Source: Limnothrix sp. BL-A-16 (GTDB lineage Bacteria; Cyanobacteriota; Cyanobacteriia; CACIAM-69d). Taken from it: a DNA stretch of 64,000 nt. Every line of letters starts with the position of its first letter. Within the stretch, counting starts at the first letter, position 1. The notes beneath the pieces were generated by a model. The model was not told the origin of the DNA. It saw only the letters and a list, made by a program, of their open reading frames with translations, and made no database searches. The translations under genes and the position numbers were made by a program. Shown one piece after another: positions 58,535-64,000 of this stretch. The stretch covers positions 1,632,001 to 1,696,000 of the forward strand of contig CP166615.1 in assembly GCA_041937175.2 (NCBI GenBank), given 5' to 3'.

Positions 58535-59443
58535 CTAGATTTGCTCGGGAACCCCAATTTTCATCACCTTCATGGGAGTGGTGATCCGTCTGGATTGCAA
58601 GGCTGCGGCGAACTGTTCCGGTGTACCCGGCAACGAGAACAAGCCGTAGTGCATGGGCACCACTAATTTGGGGCGCACCAATTCCACCGCTTCAGCGGCG
58701 CGATCGGGGCCCATGGTGAATTTGCCGCCAATGCAGGTCAACATCAAATCCACGGGGCCAAATTTAGGAATTAGGGCCATATCTCCGAACAGGTCTGTAT
58801 CGCCAGTGTGGTAAAGGGTGGGGCCGTTTTTCACCTTGATCCAAAAGCCACCTGGGTTTCCTGCATAAAAGGGTTGCGGGTTGCCATCGGTGCTGACGGT
58901 GGAACTATGAACCGCTGGCACGAAGGCCACTTCCACATCCCCGTCCAGCAAGGAAATTTGACCGCCAAAGTTACCGAGGGCCGGAAATTGCATTTGTTCT
59001 TGGGGGTAGCCCAACACGGAAACCAGGGCCTTGGCTAGGTCAAAGGTGGCCACCAGTTGGGCTCCGGTTTTTTTGCCGATCGCCACGGCATCTCCCACAT
59101 GGTCGTTGTGTCCATGGGTGATGAGCACCAAATCAGCGCGATCGAGCTGGTTCAGGACTGCTTTGCCTTCGGGGTTGGCCGGATTTTGCAGCCAGGGATC
59201 GAGCCACAGCACTTTGCCCGAAGGGGTGGTGAGCTTGAAGGCCGATTGGCCATACCAAACCAGTTCCGTGCCGCCGGGGGTTGCGGCCTGGCTGGGCTGG
59301 GTGGCTCCCCAACTGACGATGCCCCCGATCGCGGCCAGGCCAATGACCAACATGGTTAAGAGTCCCCATTTCAGACTGCCCAAGGGGGGCCAGTGGGGTC
59401 GCCAACGGGGCGATCGCGCCGCCAAATTACGCATACTGATCAA
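58535..59443 (-). CDS. Exported metallo-beta-lactamase-fold hydrolase (UPF0173-like)
   Basis: WYGQSAF, DPWL, THGHNDH, AVHSS, YHTGDT and VPMHY motifs; N-terminal hydrophobic segment; start uncertain. Confidence 0.88.
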   Translation of the reverse strand: MISMRNLAARSPRWRPHWPPLGSLKWGLLTMLVIGLAAIGGIVSWGATQPSQAATPGGTELVWYGQSAFKLTTPSGKVLWLDPWLQNPANPEGKAVLNQLDRADLVLITHGHNDHVGDAVAIGKKTGAQLVATFDLAKALVSVLGYPQEQMQFPALGNFGGQISLLDGDVEVAFVPAVHSSTVSTDGNPQPFYAGNPGGFWIKVKNGPTLYHTGDTDLFGDMALIPKFGPVDLMLTCIGGKFTMGPDRAAEAVELVRPKLVVPMHYGLFSLPGTPEQFAAALQSRRITTPMKVMKIGVPEQI

Positions 59444-59745
59444 CCTCTTAATCTCTGAATTTCTGCAACCAAGGTTCTACGCAGGCTTGACGAAGGCTCG
59501 ACGGTCGAGTTTTCTCGAAGTTTTGCGATCGAATCACCGTCCCATCACCCCCTCATCACCGCTCCAAACGGCATGAGGCGATCGATCCTCTGCGGAGATA
59601 ATGACTACCCCATTTAGAATTCCCTGGGGTAGATCAAGCCAATGGTAAAGTAGACGGCGTTTGGTGTGCGGGTGCTAACGGCATTCTTGGGCCCCGCTCC
59701 CTTAATTTCCCGTCACTTTCCTGTTTTTTGAGGCGATTATTTCGC

Positions 59746-60690
59746 ATGAGTAGCAATCCCCCAAGCATCGCTAACCATCCCGCTCTGGTGGATCAAAATG
59801 AGCCAGGCGATCGCTCTGGGGAAATAGCCTATCCTGCTTTTTCTTTGGTGTTGCCGGTTTTTAATGAAGAATTGGGCGTTGCCCCCACCATTGAACATTT
59901 GCAAGCCACCCTCAGGGCCTATCCGGGTGTCTATGAAATCATTGCGGTGAACGATGGTTCCAGCGATCGAACCGGTGAAATTTTGCATCAACTGCCCGGT
60001 CTTCGGGTCATTGATCACAACATCAATCGGGGCTATGGTGCGGCCTTAAAAACCGGAATTCGTCACGCCAAATATTCTTTGATTGTGATTACCGATGCGG
60101 ATGGAACCTATCCCAATGAACGGATTCCAGCCTTGGTGAATTTAATTCAACTGGCGGAAGCGGACATGGTTGTGGGGTCGCGAACTGGGGAGAATGTGCA
60201 ATATTCCAATTTGCGGAAAATTCCCAAGTGGTTTCTCGTTCGCTTTGCGGAGTGGATTACCAAAACCAAGATTCCTGATTTGAACAGTGGCTTGCGGATT
60301 TTTCGGAAGGAAATTGTCGATCAATTTTTGAATATTTTGCCCAATACCTTTAGCTTCACCACCACCATTACGGTGGCCATGCTCACCAATGGCTATACGG
60401 TGCATTACGAGCCGATCGACTATCACCCGCGCCAAGGCCGCAGCAAAATTAAACCGATTCGGGATACTTTGCGATTTGTGCAAATTATTCTGCGCACGGG
60501 GCTTTATTTTGCGCCGATGCGAATTTTGATGCCCGTTTCAGCGGCCTTTGCGATCGGGTTTTGTGTTTCGTTGGCGCAAGATATCTTTGTGCGCAATGAC
60601 TTGACGGAAACCACCCTAATTCTGCTGTTGGCTGCCACCCAAACGGCCATTTTGGCCTTGCTGGCCGACATGATTGATAAACGGCTTTGA
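59746..60690 (+). CDS. GT2 glycosyltransferase (DPM1-like)
   Basis: LPVFNEE, VNDGSSD, NRGYGAA, TDADGTY and DLNSGLR motifs; two C-terminal TMs. Confidence 0.9.
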   Translation: MSSNPPSIANHPALVDQNEPGDRSGEIAYPAFSLVLPVFNEELGVAPTIEHLQATLRAYPGVYEIIAVNDGSSDRTGEILHQLPGLRVIDHNINRGYGAALKTGIRHAKYSLIVITDADGTYPNERIPALVNLIQLAEADMVVGSRTGENVQYSNLRKIPKWFLVRFAEWITKTKIPDLNSGLRIFRKEIVDQFLNILPNTFSFTTTITVAMLTNGYTVHYEPIDYHPRQGRSKIKPIRDTLRFVQIILRTGLYFAPMRILMPVSAAFAIGFCVSLAQDIFVRNDLTETTLILLLAATQTAILALLADMIDKRL

Positions 60691-60769
60691 GGGCTGTTTC
60701 GTGGGTTTTACGTGGCGTTTGCGTGGGCTTGGCGAGTCAGCGCGAATCAACCGATCGCCCCGTGGCCCC

Positions 60770-61378
60770 TTAAAACTTATTGGGTTCGGGCTTGGGGGCT
60801 TCGCAGGGTTGCCGCACCAACGTGCCATTGGGCAGGGTTGCCCCACATAACTCGGCTCCGTCGCTCCGAATATTCACCAGGTGAGCATCTCTGAGGTTGG
60901 CATTGGCCAAGCTGGCTCCCCGCAAGTCCGCGAACATCAAATTAGAACGAGCAAAGTTCACTCGATCGAGCTGGGCTGCACTGAAATTGGTGGCCCGTAA
61001 ATTCGCCCGTTCTAAGTTGGCTCCCCGAAAATCGGCCCTGGTGCAGTCGGCTGCGCCTAAGTTGGCCTCTGCCAAGTTTGCCCGCTGGAGATTGACGTTT
61101 CGCAGGTTGGCTCCGTAGAGGTTCGCCGATCGCAGATCCGCGTCTTGCAGGTTCAAACTGGTGAGGTCTCGATAGCGCAAATCGCAGCCTTGGCAACGGT
61201 TGAAAGCCCGCAGTTGCGCCAGCGGATCCAAATTGGGACGGGCGGCAGAAACTTGGGCCACAGGGGCCAACGGCAACCCGATCGCCAGGCCGACCCCCAA
61301 AGCCATGCCCCTGATCGGCCCTAAACGGGCCAGTCGATCAAGATTGCGCCAAGACTGGTGAGCGGTAATTTTGGCCAC
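60770..61378 (-). CDS. Pentapeptide repeat protein (exported/lumenal)
   Basis: Signal peptide, CQGCDL, A(N/D)Lxx repeats and ATLPNG end. Confidence 0.9.
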   Translation of the reverse strand: MAKITAHQSWRNLDRLARLGPIRGMALGVGLAIGLPLAPVAQVSAARPNLDPLAQLRAFNRCQGCDLRYRDLTSLNLQDADLRSANLYGANLRNVNLQRANLAEANLGAADCTRADFRGANLERANLRATNFSAAQLDRVNFARSNLMFADLRGASLANANLRDAHLVNIRSDGAELCGATLPNGTLVRQPCEAPKPEPNKF

Positions 61379-61605
61379 GAATCCAAATCCTCAGGGGAAA
61401 TTGCCAATGATGACGGGGTTAGGGTGCAACGTTCGGCAGCAACGCTTGGGAAAGCGCCTCTATCCTAGCCAGACCCGGGGGCAACTGGCAGCCACTGAAG
61501 ACCGCCTGATCGCCCCCAACGCACTGCTCGCGAAAAAACCTTGAAAAACCTTGGTCAAAGCTTTGCGTTTTTTCAAGAGATCATGGTATGGTGATAACCC
61601 GTTGC

Positions 61606-61679
61606 GGACGTATAGCTCAGTTGGTTAGAGCACCACGTTGACATCGTGGGGGTCACTGGTTCGAGTCCAGTTACGTCCA
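61606..61679 (+). tRNA. trnV: tRNA-Val(GAC)
   Basis: GGACGTA-TAGCTCAGTTGGTTAGAGC-A-CCACG-TT-GAC-AT-CGTGG...GGTTCGAGTCC...TACGTCC-A; TTGCGT-18-TATGGT promoter-like sequence upstream. Confidence 0.97.
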
Positions 61680-61740
61680 TTCAGGCTCCGCAAATTCTTC
61701 TACAACACCTGGTAAAAGAATCTGGCAAAAATTAGCCGAA

Positions 61741-62181
61741 TCATTTGCTCGATCGCAATTGGGTGACCAACGCCCGCAGCCCCAACCGGTAGCTTTCGGG
61801 GCCAAAACCGGAAATTTGCCCGATCGCCACGGGAGCAATATAGGAATGGTGGCGGAAGCTCTCCCGTTTGTGGATATTGCTGAGATGTACTTCCACGGTG
61901 GGAATCGCAACCCCGGCGATCGCGTCGCGGATGGCCACGCTGGTGTGGGTGTAGCCACCGGGATTCATCACCAAACCGTCAAATTGCCCCAGAGCTTCAT
62001 GGATCCAGTCAATTAAGGTTCCTTCGTGGTTGGACTGGCGACAGTCGATCGCCACTTGCAGCTCTGCCGCATCCTGTTCCAAACGTTCGTTAATGGCCGC
62101 CAGGGTCAGGGTTCCATAGACTCCCGGTTCCCGTTGCCCCAGCAAATTCAGATTAGGGCCATGCAAAATCAAGATTTTCAC
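61741..62181 (-). CDS. aroQ: Type II 3-dehydroquinate dehydratase
   Basis: [38 protein letters not shown] and [15 protein letters not shown] motifs. Confidence 0.97.
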   Translation of the reverse strand: MKILILHGPNLNLLGQREPGVYGTLTLAAINERLEQDAAELQVAIDCRQSNHEGTLIDWIHEALGQFDGLVMNPGGYTHTSVAIRDAIAGVAIPTVEVHLSNIHKRESFRHHSYIAPVAIGQISGFGPESYRLGLRALVTQLRSSK

Positions 62182-62299
62182 GCGGATTTCGGCGCTCTTT
62201 CGCGGTCTAATTCAAGGGATTGAGTAGCCCATTCTCGCAAAATTTCAGCCCCAGTTTTTCTGAGGGTTACGCCAACCTCAGCTCGGAATTCGCTACCCC

Positions 62300-62433
62300 A
62301 ATCTCCTAACTCCACCGTGGCGAGATCGTGGGGGGCAAGGGGCTTAAGCCCCTTGTCTGCCATGGTTGGGTCTGCCGTGGTTGGGACTGCCGTGGTTGGG
62401 ACTGCCGTACTTGGGACTGCCGTACTTGGGACT
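62300..62433. repeat. Degenerate inverted MITE-A core with palindrome and a 15-bp tandem repeat x5
   Basis: AGATCGTGGGGG-palindrome (62336-62355) matches the reverse complement of the MITE-A core; units (T/A)CTGCCRTRSTTGGG at 62356, 62371, 62386, 62401 and 62416. Confidence 0.85.
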
Positions 62434-63065
62434 ATGGTTTGGATCAGAAAATCAGCATTTCCATGGGGTTAACTGACCGTGCCCAACCCCTTCTTAAAGC
62501 ACAAGCAAGAGGATAGTCCCCTTGCTTGGCGAATCGTCGGTTTAAATCGGTTGTTGAAAGATACGAACGCTTGACGCTAACTTCTCAGGACAAATATCCA
62601 ATTAGCGGCGGCGATAGGCGCGATCATCCACAGGCACGGGGATCGGTTCCGCCTCCGGCTGGGCCTGTGGGCCAAGCAGCGCTTCGATCACCTTCTGTGC
62701 CCACTGTTTCAGCTTTTCTATCACCTGTTCGATATAGTCCATTAATCGAAGGCTCCTTGACGGCGGTTCGATCGACTGTTGAGGGATCGCTCAGAGTCGC
62801 ATGTCTTTAGATTAACCCAATCCTCTGTTGAGATGGTGCAAATTTGGTTGCAGTTTGCCCATTGATTTTGCCCTGAATCCCGATCGAAGGACGGGGTGGC
62901 CGCTCTGGGGCGTTAGGTATGGATCCGTTAAATTTGCTAAATTTGCGAAGTTAAGTGTAAAGCCGAGCGCAATGTTGTGCCCTTGGCGCGGGGCTGACCG
63001 ATGCTTTGGCTCTCCTGCGCTCTGGTTAGGGAACGAGCGATCGCGCAACGAGCAAGGACGAAACT

Positions 63066-63740
63066 GTGAGTGTAAGTGATCTGTTTACCAAGGGCGGCCC
63101 GGCCATGTGGCCGTTGTTAACGCTGTCGGTGCTGTCAGTGGGGACGGTCTTTGAGCGCTGTTGGTTTTGGGGGCGCATTTTGCTGCGGGAACGGGAAGTG
63201 GCCGATCGAATTTTGGAGTCGGCCCGCAATGACTGGAGCAGCGCCGGCCCGATCGCCAGCAAGGCCCGCGACCAACCGATCGGGCGGTTTTTGGCAGCTC
63301 CCCTAAAGCTGGAAGACCCAGACCCAGAACTCTTTCGCCTGGCCCTGGAGTCGGCCGCCGAAGAAGAACTCAGCGCCATGCGCAAGGGCGACAAACTGCT
63401 AGAGGCGGTGATTGCCCTCTCTCCCCTGTTGGGCCTGTTGGGTACGGTGTTGGGGCTGATTGGCTCCTTGGGATCCATCCGAATTGGGCAGTTGGGAACC
63501 GATGCCACGGCGGGGGTCACCCTGGGCATTGGGGAAGCACTGATCAGCACGGCGACGGGGTTGGTGGTGGCGATCGGGTCGTTGGCGTTTTATCGCCTCT
63601 TTCAAGGTTTAGTGTTTACCCAAGCCAAGCTGTTTCGGCGGGCGGGCAACGATTTGGAATTGCTCTATCGACAACTGTGGGCCCAGCGGCGCGATCGCCC
63701 CGTTCCCCATGGAGAAACGGAGCCAATCCCGGAAGCCTAG
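63066..63740 (+). CDS. exbB: MotA/TolQ/ExbB proton-channel family protein
   Basis: [26 protein letters not shown] and [17 protein letters not shown] motifs. Confidence 0.88.
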   Translation: MSVSDLFTKGGPAMWPLLTLSVLSVGTVFERCWFWGRILLREREVADRILESARNDWSSAGPIASKARDQPIGRFLAAPLKLEDPDPELFRLALESAAEEELSAMRKGDKLLEAVIALSPLLGLLGTVLGLIGSLGSIRIGQLGTDATAGVTLGIGEALISTATGLVVAIGSLAFYRLFQGLVFTQAKLFRRAGNDLELLYRQLWAQRRDRPVPHGETEPIPEA

Positions 63741-64000
63741 GATTTTTAATCCATTGCGATTGATTCTGTATTGATCTGCATTGACCTGTGCCGATCTGTC
63801 CCGATCTGTACTGATCCATTTCATATTGATACTGATCGCTATTGATCGATATTGATCGCGGCGATCAGCCACAGCCGATCGACCCTTGTTATCTCGACTT
63901 ATCATCGACCGTAGCGATTATGGCGCTGTTAAATTCTGATTCCATGCGGCAAGCGTTAACCTGCGATCGCCTACCGCTGGCGGTTTACCGTGAACTGGCG

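Larger units (their letters stand above)
1..64000. repeat. HIP1 (GCGATCGC) / CGATCG highly iterated palindrome, dispersed through the window
   Basis: CGATCG/GCGATCGC occurs very frequently in genes and intergenic DNA, a hallmark of most cyanobacteria. Confidence 0.95.

Noticed and set aside
52246..61679. Genomic island integrated at tRNA-Arg or tRNA-Val
   Set aside because: No duplicated tRNA 3' end and no integrase next to either tRNA; hemL and other core genes lie between them
63750..63870. GATC-rich degenerate repeats after exbB
   Set aside because: No consistent unit or boundaries; probably decayed short tandem repeats

Overview
A 64-kb chromosomal segment of a cyanobacterium, probably filamentous. 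The evidence is dense HIP1 (GCGATCGC/CGATCG) sites plus cruF/cruG, an hpsL-like gene, and CHAT, DUF928 and pentapeptide-repeat genes. Housekeeping content: glyA, hom, miaE, sucD, grxC, ppc, hemL, aroQ, phoX, tamB, an exbB-like gene, tRNA-Arg(CCG) and tRNA-Val(GAC). Signalling content: a 9-PAS histidine kinase, a hybrid kinase plus REC-GGEEF pair, and a stand-alone Hpt protein. Five unexplained structures stand out. (1) An HTH-NB-ARC-TPR (STAND) gene is flanked by two small genes, an NfeD-like OB-fold gene and an unannotated 55-aa membrane peptide gene, whose upstream regions share repeated YAASTCCRACA boxes; the STAND's TPR part looks recently acquired. (2) A 20-bp REP-like palindrome, CAAGGGGCTTAAGCCCCTTG, occurs at 7 intergenic loci. 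It is carried by two MITE families, is itself a MITE insertion target, and sits next to tandem amplifications, including a 76-bp array beside a stand-alone tyrosine recombinase. (3) A ParA plus RHH-like pair is preceded by an 8-bp-periodic array. (4) A toxin-antitoxin locus has lost all but the C-terminal tail of its PIN toxin. (5) A perfect 15-6-15 inverted repeat lies at 2103-2138. All family assignments come from motif recognition by eye, not from database searches.
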